From the NCBI GenBank assembly GCA_964187785.1, contig OZ076413.1:49044001-49108000 (forward strand): a stretch of DNA of 64,000 nucleotides, given 5' to 3'. This DNA comes from Amphiscolops sp. MND2022 (Eukaryota). Below, one piece after another: positions 27,042-40,800 of this stretch (the stretch's first letter is position 1; the number at the start of each line of letters is the position of its first letter). The position numbers were made by a program, and so were the translations under genes. The notes below the pieces were generated by a model, which made no database searches, was not told the origin of the DNA, and was given only the letters and a program-made list of their open reading frames with translations.

Positions 27042-27854
27042 AGGTCAATTACAACAATATGTTATCCCGCTGAAAGTAACATGGGAAATAGAAATGAAAT
27101 AGTTTGCTAAAATTTCACCGAACTATTTGATGCCGATTGAATCGACAGAGCTGTTGACTGAATGTTTTCTTGCGGAAAATCTGCCTCATAACGAAATTCT
27201 TTTAGGATTATATTATTTTGAAGTGTCAAAATAATACCTGTACCTAGTACCGTAAATAGTACCTGATGGCAGATTTTTTGTTTGAAGTCGAATGCGGCAT
27301 TGTAAAATTTTATTGATGTGATATTAACACCATATTTAGCCCGAATCTTTTTTTCACTCTGAGTGACTATTGTCTCATGTTTAAAGTCACTGACAATTAG
27401 CGTCCTTAGATGATACAGCACCTGCATTTTTGTCTGTCCCATTGTAAAGAACCTTGAAGTTCTTGTCGAGATTTTGTATGTTACCGTGTCCTCTTGAAAT
27501 CCTTCGTGGAACTCATTGAATGTTTAGATGTTCCTGTAGATTGAAGACTTTCGATTGCAATTTTTTGACAAAAACTCGGACACAATGGTTCGCCTTGGAA
27601 ACATTAATGGGGAGCTTGAAAATTATCGGCAAAATATTTCAACTAACTTTTTGCCAGAAGAGTATGATATTGTCGTTTTTTGTAACATAAATGTTTGAAA
27701 ATTTCCTGTTAAAGAATAGTTTTTTCTCGAGTTGTTTCTGGCTTCCAGTCAAGGTTTTCTGTAAGATAATTATACTTGAGAATCATTTCAGCTGAGCTGG
27801 TTTTTGTGTTTGAACACTTTTCACGTCCCTTGCTTTGTCCACCACATGGCCTTA

Positions 27855-28310
27855 AGCGGAGCGTCGACTTTCGAAGGCGCCATCTTTAGTTATCTCAGGC
27901 AGAAAACCGTAGATAGCATTTAGTTCGAATTACAGAATTGTTGACGTTATATCCGAAGCAAATTGCGTTTTACTAAGGATGAGGCCGCGCTTCAAAAAAG
28001 CGCTCGCACGTGACCCAGCACGCTATATTGCGTTTTGCGAAGCTTTTGGGTTTTTCGGCACTATAAGATTTTCGAAAAAAAAATTGATGTCTCCAGGGGA
28101 TCTCCCTCCAATTTTGTTGATCTTCTGTAACAGAATGGATGTTAGAAAACCTCAAATGGTCCCCAATTCAAGCGCGGGTACCCGGAGCGTCAATTCGATC
28201 CCCCTTTGGGTTTTTGGGGTACTGTAGAAGAGAATACTTGACACTTTGAAGTCCTTTTGCTATTTTTGAGCCATAAGCAGGGTGTCGACTAATGCCGTTC
28301 CCGACTTGTT
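27855..28310 (+). mobile_element. Diverged member of the Helentron/DINE-like repeat family
   Basis: 3' end GTACTGTAGAAGAG..ACACTTTGAAGTCCTTTT..GTCGACT..GCCGTTCCCGACTTGTT is the reverse complement of the 15745-15840 end; 5' limit approximate. Confidence 0.6.
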
Positions 28311-28794
28311 CAAATTCAAAACTTATCAAGCGCCATCGTTCACCTGTTGAATTTTGCTTGAAATCTTCGGTACTTACTCAGCATATTGAAATTTTTTGAC
28401 TGATTTCTGAAGTTTTTTCGAACAGTTTTCAAATTTAAACAGTTTGTAACATCATGAATTTTTGAACTGCTGCCGGTTAAATAGAAACGCAATTCTTCCA
28501 ATTCCTCCGCTAGATTACTTTCAATTGAGGCTTTGATATGTATTTTTGAGTCAAGTGAGCCATATTTTCAATTTTAAAATTCGCATCCGTTTTCTTGAGA
28601 ATTTTGCGTTCAAATAAAAATAGACTTGAGGAATTTCCGAAAAGCTTTTCCTTTTGACCCTACGGCCTTTTCGATCGTCAATTCTTTGGGTAAGTAATCA
28701 GTTGTAAGATGATAGGTTTTTCGGTCAAGTGCAAAAGGATTTGCCTCATTTATTTAAATTTTCTTGAAGTTTTGATTTTGATGTTTTAGATTTT

Positions 28795-29277
28795 ATGAGA
28801 GTAGGAATTGCCTCAATAACAGCTCTCCAGATGTCTTTCAGATACCAACACCAGTATTCACGAAACCACAACAGATCAAGCTACAGCACGTACCACTCGA
28901 ACAATAATAACAGGTATAACAACCATAACCGTGGAGGGAGGAGACCGTATTTCCGGGATATCGACTACTCCAAAATGAGCCGGAACGAAGTGATCGAAGA
29001 TCTGGTCAAAGTGGAAAAACACCATATTTTCAATACTGTTCGAAACGAAGAATCGGGCAGAGTGGAGGAAGTGTTCTGGTGTCCGGGTTTCATGGTCAAA
29101 GACCAGCACTGCGCGGGAGGTACACAGCTGTTTCATCATCAATGCAGACAGTGCAAGAAACTTGCAATTCACCTGGTTGACACCAAAGGCCGACCCTGTT
29201 TGGCCTGCTACGGCTGGAGTCGACGAGACATACCACACTGGTATTACCATCACTCTTGTAGCAACTGCAGGCGGTAA
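28795..29277 (+). CDS. Hypothetical small protein with N/R/Y-rich N-terminus and Cys/His-rich C-terminus
   Basis: 160-aa ORF (alternative ATG 28831), more GC-rich than its flanks, three CxxC pairs. Confidence 0.6.
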   Translation: MRVGIASITALQMSFRYQHQYSRNHNRSSYSTYHSNNNNRYNNHNRGGRRPYFRDIDYSKMSRNEVIEDLVKVEKHHIFNTVRNEESGRVEEVFWCPGFMVKDQHCAGGTQLFHHQCRQCKKLAIHLVDTKGRPCLACYGWSRRDIPHWYYHHSCSNCRR

Positions 29278-30599
29278 CGGTTATGTGAGTATTCGAAGTT
29301 TCTCTTGAGGCAAATTGAAGTGGAATACTTTCTATAGTGGTGCTTCTTCGCTGGAAGTGTTTGCAGCAAGTGTGATTTTTGTAGAAACATCTCATTCTTG
29401 ATATATAGTACTATACAATTGTGATTAGGTAGATATAAATTCATTTTTTTAATGCAAATACTTTTGAAATTTCAAGAATTGAATGTCAGGGGGTTGATAT
29501 TTTTTCTGAATTCGATCATTTTCTCTGAACAATGAAAATCACACATTAATTGAACATCTTCATTACATAACCCATCTCTAACAACGTCTGAAATTGAAGA
29601 AATTGGGCTAGATAGTAAGCTCAGTACGCGACTGCAGAAGTTTCATGTTGCAAAATTTCGTTTTAATATCAGTCTATGCATTGTCCAACTTTAATCAATG
29701 AGGTAATAGTGATAGTGGAAGTTACTTCCTATTAAATTGTAATCCGCGTTCAGATTTGAACATGTTATTTAGGGCATAGAAACAACTCATTTATATCAAG
29801 AGACAACCAATATCGTATCAAAAAAGTTACAACTAACAAAAATCAAGCCATATCGCAAGGTTTCAATAACCCTAGTTATACTTCAAAAACATTTTATTAG
29901 CTGCAATCATTTATTTTTTGGTGTTTATATAAAGCCAGATTTATAGAACAGGCATATTCCAAGGCAAAGTTTAACAGAAAACTCCAACCTCATTAGATTG
30001 AACCAATCAATCATTTTAAAGAACATTCATTTAAAGAATCCTTTCGAGAACCATCATGACATTAAAATGTTACAGGCGGCATTGCTACTGTTTTTGCTGT
30101 TCATCTCAAAATAGCGGTGTTGCGATAAAGTTGAGTTAATGAAAAGCCTACATGGTGTTACTTCAGAACAAAAAACCGCTTCTAGTTGTGATAAAACCAA
30201 TTTCTGGAAAAATGTTGCCAAAAGATCGAGCGAGTGGTAATTGCATTCGTACGCTGACGTCATTGAGATGAAGCGAATGAGTGTTAATTATTTGTTCGTT
30301 GAAAGCTTCGCCTGCATCTAAATGCGAATGCGAAACTTCGCTTAGTAGTTATACATATTTTCTTTAGTCCCAGAAGAATTGAAGACGGTGTAAATTTGTA
30401 GTGAATAATTGTGTGATAAATAATTGTTAAACAGGAGTGTATTGGTTTTCCAGATATGATTCTAATATTAATGAAAGATTAAAGCAGAAATAGTAATGTG
30501 CTCCGGAGGGGCCTATTTTAATGAAAGGTTGAAGCAGAAGTAATAATGTGCCCCGGAGGGGCCTATCTCACTGAAATGGTGCGGTAACGGTATATTGAA

Positions 30600-32028
30600 T
30601 CGCGGTATTTAAAAAGTGAGAAATAACTTTTGTTTCACAATATTTTTTAAATTCTGATTGAGAAAACCAGTTGCTCAATATGTTTGGCAAACATTGTTTC
30701 TCTTGTTAGACACGACTCAACCAGCTGCCGAGTTCAACCGTTCAGTGGTTGAGGATTGAGGAAGGTTCCCATAACAGAATTTGTTTTCACCGAAGGCTGA
30801 CACTCTGCGATTTTTACCATCCCGTATTGTTGCTTTGACTGCTTCAAATAGTAGGTATCGTGCGACATTTGTTCAAGAACTTCGTTGAGATAAAATCACA
30901 TGAGACATTGAAGGTGAACAGTCTTCCGAAAGGAAACGATTACTTTGTTCGATGACCCCAAGAACGGCTATGAGTTGAGCGTTCAATTCCTTCTGTGGAA
31001 TGGAAAGGCAATCAGGAACTTTTCTCACTGCTATGCCTTGGCAATTAATAATCGGATGATCGCTGCATTCACTGCATATTTATTTTTATCGAACCACTCT
31101 TGAAGATGATATTTACTGTTCTATCTGTTACAACGTCTTCGGGCTGGGATGATTAACCCGTCTCGTATTGTAAGCTGTAACACATGGCCGAGGCATTTGA
31201 ACCATAAAATTGGATGTACCAAACGCTTCCATGTTTGCGGCTGAATCAGTGGTAAGAGTTTCTGGGGGATAAACAAGACCAAAATCATTGAGGTTCTCAA
31301 TTGACTGAAACTGACACTGTGTGGGATTTGGGCATATGATTTACTCCCAAACATGGATCGTATTTCATTCAATCTTTTCATATGAAGTGGACAATAACGT
31401 CCGTCAGAAAAAGGCCCATGGTTGCGAGCTGTCTAATGATCACATGTAAGTGCGAAACTGTCAGCCATCTTCAAAAGTTCCTTATTTTTTATCTTGATTT
31501 CATCGTTAAGCTTTGGTGCAATATTTTTCTTAATACTGATTCACTCGGACATTCATAACGTACATCAAACTGTTTGACCATAGCTATGTAGCAGGAGTTC
31601 AAAAGTGTGTTTTCAAAAATTTTATTATCAAATCAAAAAGAGAATCACTACATTTTGTTCTACTTGATTTCATTTAATTTTGAATACCCGCCTTGCAACC
31701 AGCTCCTTCAACAAAGTTATAAGGCAAGCAGTCCAGTATCATAAAGTTTGTAGTTGCCTGCTTTGGATCTTTTTTCGTATGGTTTTTGAATAATGAAAAA
31801 TAGAGTAATTTTCGCATTCGCAATTTCATGATTATTGCGGCTAGATAGCCTATTTTCTTGGCAATTATGGCATTCATTCGGATGGTGAGTTCTAAGATGA
31901 TCTAAATTAGTCGGCGAATTATCTGCGATTTTGGCAATCGCCGCAGTAGGGCAAAGTTTACAAATTGAAGCGGTTTTATTACCAGGATTCTCCTCAAAGA
32001 GGTTTACCCAGGTTTTGCGTCTATTCAT
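30600..32028 (-). pseudogene. Decayed hAT (Ac/ZBED-like) transposase
   Basis: BED finger (W..F..CKLC..TNLDHLRTHH), DCLPYNFVEGAG, C-terminal QSSTTERLNSAAG; many frameshifts; left limit approximate. Confidence 0.8.
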
Positions 32029-32362
32029 TGCGATATTAAACGTTCAAATAATTAGGTGTATACAGACAAATGTAATAGTTTCACAATGAATATATTTGAA
32101 TTATCCTTGAAACCTGAATTGTTTCAATTTCATTGGTTCCTGAGTAAATTTGAAATGTACTGCAATTTTATAGCGATGCTTTATTTCCACCTCAAACGGC
32201 GAGGTCGATTTTGATTGGTCCACGAAAAACGACGGCACTTTATAGCGATGCTTCATATTCACCGTGTAACTTCAAGATCGATTTTGGCTGGTCCACGAAA
32301 AACTACGTTTTCAAACACGTATATCGCAATAACTATTTATCACGATATGCTATTGAATAAAC

Positions 32363-32782
32363 GGGGCCTATTCATACAGCAGAAAATGAAAATTCGGTCC
32401 CCTTCATCAGAATTCAAATTACTACCTTTTAGTGCTGTTACAGTTATGTATGGAACTTGATTCCTTTGAAGAGGTTAATTAGCATATTCGTTTCATGACT
32501 CGGTCGCTTCGCTTCCTTCGCCAGGTAGCAACATTGAGGCATGTGGCACGTCGCTCCGCCTCGCTTCGCTCCTGCCCTTAGGGCACTAGGATGAGTATGT
32601 GAACATAGCTGACTACGTTATAATAATGATTCCGACAAAATCTGACACGCATTTTCCGCTGAGTGAATTCAATTCGGTTTGAAATTTTAGCAAATCAGAT
32701 TGCAGCATGAACACATATTCTGCTGTATGGGACCGAATTTTCATTTTCTGCTGTATGAGACTTCTGCTGTGTGGGAATTCCC
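32363..32782. mobile_element. Mutator-type MITE
   Basis: 9-bp TSD TGAATAAAC; inverted arms CATACAGCAGAAAATGAAAATTCGGTCCC. Confidence 0.82.
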
Positions 32783-32971
32783 TGAATAAACGATAACGAT
32801 ATGCTTCACGATATACCGCCGGTCTTTATTCAACAGGCTCAAAAGTTTTGCGGAGTCTACTTTAAGTTTTGAGATTTACTTCAATTTATTCTTGAATTAG
32901 ACCTTATATTTGGAGGGTTTATGCAGTTGCAGAATCATTGGTAGTTCCTGATTTGACCATTTTTTCGAGTT

Positions 32972-33340
32972 ATTAGTCGGCGCTTTTCGTAGAAAAACAG
33001 ACTATAGTAGTGACTTTTTTTTCGATCAACGAATTGACAGATTTTATAAGCTTTATAAGCTGGCTTCCTTTAACTGCCACACTAATGTAAGTTGTGCATA
33101 GAGGTTAGTTAGGATTTTTTGAGGTCTGCCAAGCAGAAGGACGAGGGTTCGAGTCTTGCCCTTGACAAAATTTTTTTGTGCTTGTTATTTCGGCTTTGTG
33201 AGACTTTTTTCGCAAATCTTTTTAATGTCTCCGAAGGATCCCCCTTCATTTTTTCCTATTTTGCAAAAAAATGGATGATCAAAAAAACCCCAAAGTCTCC
33301 CCCTTTCGGCACTATGCGACTTACCGGAGACTACAGAAAA
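32972..33340 (+). mobile_element. Partial Helentron/DINE-like repeat (reverse-complement relative of 15900-16285)
   Basis: TTAGTCGGCGCTTTTCG..GACTATAGTAGTGAC..GGGTTCGAGTC..TTCGGCACTATGCGACTTAC. Confidence 0.7.
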
Positions 33341-33390
33341 ACATTTAGTTTTGGAAGTATGGTTGGAATCACGCTTGGCGATAAATTTTG

Positions 33391-34125
33391 AGCGGGAATA
33401 CCGTCTAAAGGTCCACCAGGAATAACGTCTAAAGGAATAACATCTAAACTGGGAAGAGAAATAACCTCTAATTATTTGAGAATAACTTCTAAAAAGTGGA
33501 ATAACATCTAGAATCGAAAAAAAACGTCCAAAGTATCATAAATCATATTACGTCTGAAGAACAGGAGAAACTTAAAATCTGGATAAACGCCGAAACTATC
33601 CAAAAATCATAAATATGTCTAAAAAGCGGAAATAACATCTGAAATCGAGAAATATTCAATTCACTTAAGATCTTAAACTATAAATTGATTTTAAGTATGA
33701 AGTGTGTTTAGGATATTTCCTCATTTCCTCTAGTGCCCCGCGGCCCTTTGGGACCGCTTAACTCCCATCTTGCTAAGCGAGGTCGAACAGGAGCAAAGAC
33801 CTAGTGGGAGCTGGTCTTTGCGACGGTGAGGGCGAGCATGCATACACAGCAAATGCCCCTCATTAAGTGGGGAAGTATAAAATGTGAAAACAGAATAGTA
33901 TCTAATGAAATAATATCGAAACCAATCCAATCACTCAAATTGACATGGATGAGGCTGTTCTGGCCAAATCATACTTTTTAGATACTATTCTTTTGGACAC
34001 TATTCTCGGTCCCGTATAAATATTTATTAGACGAAAATAAGACTTTCACGAAAATAGGAGACGTGGCATTAGGCGAAACTTCTTTTTAGATGTTATTCAG
34101 GTCAATTTTAGATCTTGTTCCGCTT
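33391..34125. repeat. Foldback-like element with GAATAACATCTAAA-type arms; boundaries approximate
   Basis: Tandem GAATAACRTCTAAA on the left, TTTAGATGTTATTC-like on the right, GC-rich core shared with 12462-12628. Confidence 0.55.
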
Positions 34126-34846
34126 TTCGAAGTTGAGCATGTCAAATATTGAGCTTGTTCTACGGATTAAGGGTTCCGTAGACATTGGTACCCTTATCGC
34201 GACCCAATGTGCGTCGGTTTTGCTCAAATTTTCGATCTGACCGAACCTTTGCTTCCACAAAGAAAAATTAGACTAATTGCTGAAAGTAAAGTTTACCACC
34301 TTTGACATTGCCTATTTGTTGGTCAACTGACTGCCAAAGTTGCATCGTCGTTACTTCAACTGGAAGATTCTGGATTGAAATAGCATCTCAGTACTTACTG
34401 CTGCATTTTTTCTGTCAAAGTGTTGAAACTGTGTGTTAGTGGTGTAAATTTCATGTTTCACTGCGTGGACAGTGATTTTGCTCTAATATGAACGAAAGAA
34501 GCAACTAAAGTTTTAGTTAATAATACACATTGTGGCGAAATTAAGTTCGTATAGAAATATCCGCTAGTATCAAGTAATCTTCAAGCAAGAACCGATTTCA
34601 TTTTTATACTGGAAAGTTCTTGAATGTTTTTCAAATAAGCATTTGGTATTTTCAAAGAGCAAGAGTCAACACAATTAAACGACCCACTTTATCGAGACCT
34701 CATAAATAATGAGTGCAAGCAATTTGATCACTAATCGTTTCACAATCAAACGTGACTATCGACAAATATTAGAAACAATCGATAGCCCTATGTGTGGGTT
34801 GTGTTTTAAGCGAAAACGCATTGTGTCAGAGAATGATCCTCTTCAG

Positions 34847-37800
34847 GTCTTAATGAATGAGGAATCAAGTTTGGGAAGCAATCCCGGGGCAAGCTGCTTT
34901 CTCTGGGGAAGGTTCAACGTTGCTTTCACCAACAAGTGTCCTGATTTGTCAAAGATTGCTTCTATTACCACGTTTGTGGAACGAATATGCTTTCTCAAAC
35001 TGGGCTTTTTCCTAGAACTCAAAGGTTGGTCTCTCACTAGTTCCAGGTCTTTTTGTGATCCGAAATCATCCTATGCTCATCACGTTTGATAGATTGGAAG
35101 TCAGTGATTCTCTGTAGAACAATTGAATGAGATCGGTTTTCAAACCCAATGGTAATTGCACATGACGAAGTCAATGTGCATTGCAGTCCAGCTAAGAAAG
35201 TTTTTTTTTTCCACAATAGCCAACTTCATAATAAGCGCCTTTTAGAGAAAAGCCAAAACCCCAGAGAGATTCGAACCTGCAGCCTCCCGATTGCGCGCCA
35301 TAAGTGTTAACCACTGTGCCATAAGGACGTTATTGAATAAAGTTGAACTGTTGAATATATACGCATGCTATTAAAATAATATATATACGCATATTAAAAT
35401 AATCGTTGTCTTCGTCATGTGTTGCGAAGCACCGCTTCGCCTCTGTGTAACTTTTTGGTGAATACTCGTGCTGCAGAAGTTTCTAAATTCTGTCCCCGCA
35501 AAAGCTAATAGTCTTGTTTTGTCGGCCCAGTGCAGCTTTCTCTTGTGTTTGCAGGAAATGATCCAACAGATCCTGTCGAAGTTCATGCTTTATGTGGCAA
35601 CGATTTGAAATGTGAAGTATTTGTTTCCTACAAGTTTGGCACCTGTCTTGGCATCCAGAAAAACCCAAATTCCTACATCTTGTTGGCAGACTTGAACGCC
35701 TCTAGTACCAAATCTGTTAGTTGGAGCCACTACCTGTTTGCCCCGTGGCCCGAGCAATCCTTAGTCTTTTGGTATTATGTGTTGCAATGTCACCCTACTT
35801 GTGACTCCATTCGACAGGATGAGGTGTTTGTGGTTATACCTAGAACATACAGCACCCAACTATATGCACAGTCTCAGATCATTTCAATCAAATGACTTAA
35901 ATCTTACTGGGTACCCGTTTTTGTCCGTCCACATATAATGGGGGAGGAAAATCATGATCTGCTGGGGTGTGGAACCGTACGGGTTGAATTGAAATTACGG
36001 TTTACGGGTTATCGTCTACGGTTTACGGTTTCAAGGTACGGTTTAAAGAAACACGTTTGCTTCAGAAATAATTAAATTTCTTCATCAAAAATCTTTGTTA
36101 TTTGATGAAGAAATTTACTGATGCCTATCAGTATCTTTCTTGCCCCAAAATGGCAAATGAGGGAATGCCCTCTGCAAATTATAGCGTAAAAACATAATGT
36201 TTTCAACCATATCATCCCGTAAGGACGCTCGTCTTTGAGATTGAACAAGTTTATGGCGACTGAAAACTCGCTCGACTGCCGCTTCACTGGTTGGAATTTG
36301 CTCGAATAATATAAAATTAAATCGTTAAATGTATAAAACAATTCGGTCGTATTTTTTAGAATTGTGTACGGTTCGCTTTTTTCACAACTACGGTTTCCGG
36401 GTTACGGTTTGCCACGACGGGTTTCGGGCCACGGTCTGAAAATTCCACACCCCAGATGATCTGTGTTGCTTTTTTTTTTACAAATTTTGCCAAATCTCAA
36501 CTTTATTACTCCATTCTAGTCACCATGGCGCAGTTGGTAGTGCGTCTGCCTGGCAGGCACGAGGTCGTGGGTTCGAACCCGTGCTGATGCGTTACATTTT
36601 TAGCGGAAAATATCCTGGTGCTTAGCGGGCGTCTTGTTGCAATTAGCCAGTTATGAAACCAAGGATCCTTCTACCGCTCTTTCTTAGAAATTTCTGCACC
36701 TTGGAATAGGGTCGTTCGTTCGATTATTGAGTCACTGGAACTTTTAGTTGACAAAACCAGCCAGTTTTCTTTGCATTTTTGTTCCATCAAACAGCGTGGC
36801 TCGTGCACTACACGATGCAGCCATGAATTAGTGGTAAAAAGCAATGTTCACACGTTCTGATTCGCTTTTTAAATGAAGCTCAGTGGCACTGCGATATAAG
36901 AAAGATGAGAAGCTGTGAGAGGCATAGCATGAAAATTCTTCAGGAGCGCAAAGACTACAGTCATAATTATCAAAAGATATCTAAATGAAACGGTTTCGTG
37001 CTTCAATAGCGGTTAACGAATGTTCTCAAAAGCTTTTAAATTGGGAAACCCCATTGGAGCAGCAACGAAATTCCAAAACGAAATTACTAAAAATATATAT
37101 ATCCAAGGCGTCTAAGACAGTTCACATGAGCAGGAACAATTCTGATAAACCGATAATTGGGTTGAAAATATTGCAAAAACAGTAAACAAACTACTGATCT
37201 GAATAAATTTTTGATACAGATCAAAAACTTATTTTTTGAAAGTGATTGAAGTGATGTTTGACCACCCAGCTGCCTGCTACTGACACCGAGTGACTATGGC
37301 TCCGTGTGCACCATCCTCCCTGAACTGAGGGTGGAGAGTGGCTGCTCCACTACTGACTTGGTCGATGCTCTCAACAGGTCTGTCTAATTGATTTACGAAG
37401 TTCACAATTGTTTTTTTTTGCATGGCCCCTATCCAGTAAGAAATGGACTGAGAAAAATTAGCGGTTCCGAAAATTTTCCAGAGTCTTTTCAACGTTAACG
37501 CTTTCCAGTAGACCATGTATAGTAGGGATGTGCAATTATCATTTTTTAGTTCGGTCTGTTATTTTTTAAAAAAATGGTCGGTTATTTATAAAAATGTGAA
37601 TAAAACAGTAAATTTGAACTTCATTTCTGAACAATTTACTCGAAGCAACTTCTCAAAAAAACAAGTTCGCGGAAAGTTTCTGGGTTTAGAGATTCTCTTC
37701 GCGTAGTGATAATGTTGCCTGAATCGGACCAATGTAGTTCACTAGAAACTGCTGTAGCTGGTATTCCAAGTGATTAGTTGAACGAATTAACCGAAGTCGG

Positions 37801-40800
37801 TTATATAAGTCGGTCGGTTTCGGTTATTGACAGCTTCGGTCGGTTAATTGTTCAGCCCTAATGTATAGTAGTGGAAATCTTCCTATTTGAGGAAAATGTT
37901 TCGGACAAGTCTTGTTTTGCCAGTCGAAAACTAATTTGTTCATTGATTCGGTCGAAACGAAAGTTTCTTGAAAATTGAAAGTCATGTTTGAGTTGATAAA
38001 AAAATGATTAGACCAAAAATATGGAAGTTAGCGATCTGTGAAAATTACATGTATTACACATTAATTTGTGCTAACTATTCGGATTGATTTTAGTTCAAAA
38101 ACCCGCTTCAATAATGAACATTTCATTTGTTACAACTTTTTTTGCAATGTTCACACGTTCTGATTCGCTTTTTAAATGAAGCTCAGTGGCACTGCGATAT
38201 AAGAAAGATGAGAAGCTGTGAGAGGCATAGCATGAAAATTCTTCAGGAGCGCAAAGACTACAGTCATAATTATCAAAAGATATCTAAATGAAACGGTTTC
38301 GTGCTTCAATAGCGGTTAACGAATGTTCTCAAAAGCTTTTAAATTGGGAAACCCCATTGGAGCAGCAACGAAATTCCAAAACGAAATTACTAAAAATATA
38401 TATATCCAAGGCGTCTAAGACAGTTCACATGAGCAGGAACAATTCTGATAAACCGATAATTGGGTTGAAAATATTGCAAAAACAGTAAACAAACTACTGA
38501 TCTGAATAAATTTTTGATACAGATCAAAAACTTATTTTTTGAAAGTGATTGAAGTGATGTTTGACCACCCAGCTGCCTGCTACTGACACCGAGTGACTAT
38601 GGCTCCGTGTGCACCATCCTCCCTGAACTGAGGGTGGAGAGTGGCTGCTCCACTACTGACTTGGTCGATGCTCTCAACAGGTCTGTCTAATTGATTTACG
38701 AAGTTCACAATTGTTTTTTTTGCATGGCCCCTATCCAGTAAGAAATGGACTGAGAAAAATTAGCGGTTCCGAAAATTTTCCAGAGTCTTTTCAACGTTAA
38801 CGCTTTCCAGTAGACCATGTATAGTAGGGATGTGCAATTATCATTTTTTAGTTCGGTCTGTTATTTTTTAAAAAAATGGTCGGTTATTTATAAAAATGTG
38901 AATAAAACAGTAAATTTGAACTTCATTTCTGAACAATTTACTCGAAGCAACTTCTCAAAAAAACAAGTTCGCGGAAAGTTTCTGGGTTTAGAGTTTCTCT
39001 TCGCGTAGTGATAATGTTGCCTGAATCGGACCAATGTAGTTCACTAGAAACTGCTGTAGCTGGTATTCCAAGTGATTAGTTGAACGAATTAACCGAAGTC
39101 GGTTATATAAGTCGGTCGGTTTCGGTTATTGACAGCTTCGGTCGGTTAATTGTTCAGCCCTAATGTATAGTAGTGGAAATCTTCCTATTTGAGGAAAATG
39201 TTTCGGACAAGTCTTGTTTTGCCAGTCGAAAACTAATTTGTTCATTGATTCGGTCGAAACGAAAGTTTCTTGAAAATTGAAAGTCATGTTTGAGTTGATA
39301 AAAAAATGATTAGACCAAAAATATGGAAGTTAGCGATCTGTGAAAATTACATGTATTACACATTAATTTGTGCTAACTATTCGGATTGATTTTAGTTCAA
39401 AAACCCGCTTCAATAATGAACATTTCATTTGTTACAACTTTTTTTACCGGTCTTGTGATTGATCCATGAAAAATCGAATTGACTTCGAAAATGAAAACGT
39501 TTGTGAAATTGTTGAATGACAGTCCTGGTTCTCAACAGACAAGTTATGGACACGAGGCTGAAAATGCAGAGGTTTTACTCGCAGACCAACCCACCCCTCC
39601 CCAAGAGTATGCGGCGACCCGAAGTGTTTAGTGTGAAGATGATCATGGACATGCCGAATTTCGTGCACAAAACAGCACTGCAGGTAGATATTCGACGTCA
39701 TTTCTTGTTTCTGGAGACATTTTTGAGAGAACGCAGACGCAGACTCTCATCTCACGGTGAGGTGAGGTCATTAGAAGGGGGCATTTCTGAAAATTTTGAT
39801 TCGCGAATAGTATATAACAATGTTGCGGTTCGAAAAAGGTTTGGAAAAATCGCTGTTGACAGATGAATAAGAAAAGATTAGATATAATAATCTTGTGAAG
39901 TGCTCATCGATTACCAATCAATGCTCGTTCGTGATCTGTCCAAACAATTGGCTGGTATATAGGGGCAACATTTGTTTGTTCAGCCTACGAATGTGTTGAA
40001 TGACGTACACCTTCTGACGTGGGATCACAAGAACTATCTATTACATGAACAGATGCAGGGATCCACTCTTACTCACTACATTCCGGTCATGCTCATCTCA
40101 GCCCTGCTGGACAGGTTCCAGTTCATCGCCAGATTGCTCAACTTGAAGCCAAAATCTGGTAAGTGCGAGTGATGAATCATTTTAATACTTGTTTCTTCGG
40201 GATTTTTCGTATACTGTCGCAAGACTTGTATATCCGTCATTTCTCAGCCGATTTTAACAACCCGAGCACCGGATTTTCTAGCGTTTCACACTAATTCCGA
40301 TTTTCAAAAGCCAAAGTCCCCCGTCAATTTGTTTGCAACAAATTTTGATATTTTGCAACAAATTGGATGTTAAAAAGCCCGAAGGGGGTCCCCCTTTACA
40401 TTTTTCGACGCTATGAGTCATTTCGGCAATATATCTACCAATAATTTTCTCGATAGTATCCGAGTTTTTGATGTTATATCCGAAATATGTTTCGTTTCAC
40501 TAACCAGGAGGTCGAGGTTCGAGATTATTGCGCTGCATTCGAATTTTGACGTCCGAACTATATTACGTTTTACTGAAGAGGAGGCGTATGTTCGAAAAAG
40601 CGCTCCCATTTGTCCTAGCACGCTTTATCCGAACTTTTGACGTTATATCCAAAGAAATTGCAGTTTACTACGGAGAAAGCAGAGGATCGAAAAACTCTTC
40701 AGGTGTATCGACATTTTTGTGAGTTTTTAATAGAAATAATCCTTTGCATGTTTTAAAAACTTTGCGCCTTAAATTTTCGAGCCTTAACCGGGGCGCCGAC

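Noticed and set aside
30470..30568. Two ~49-bp direct repeats containing CCGGAGGGGCCTAT
   Set aside because: Simple local duplication; no hairpin matching the Polinton mini-hairpin family.
36519..36590. Functional tRNA gene
   Set aside because: A and B boxes present but the acceptor and anticodon stems do not pair.
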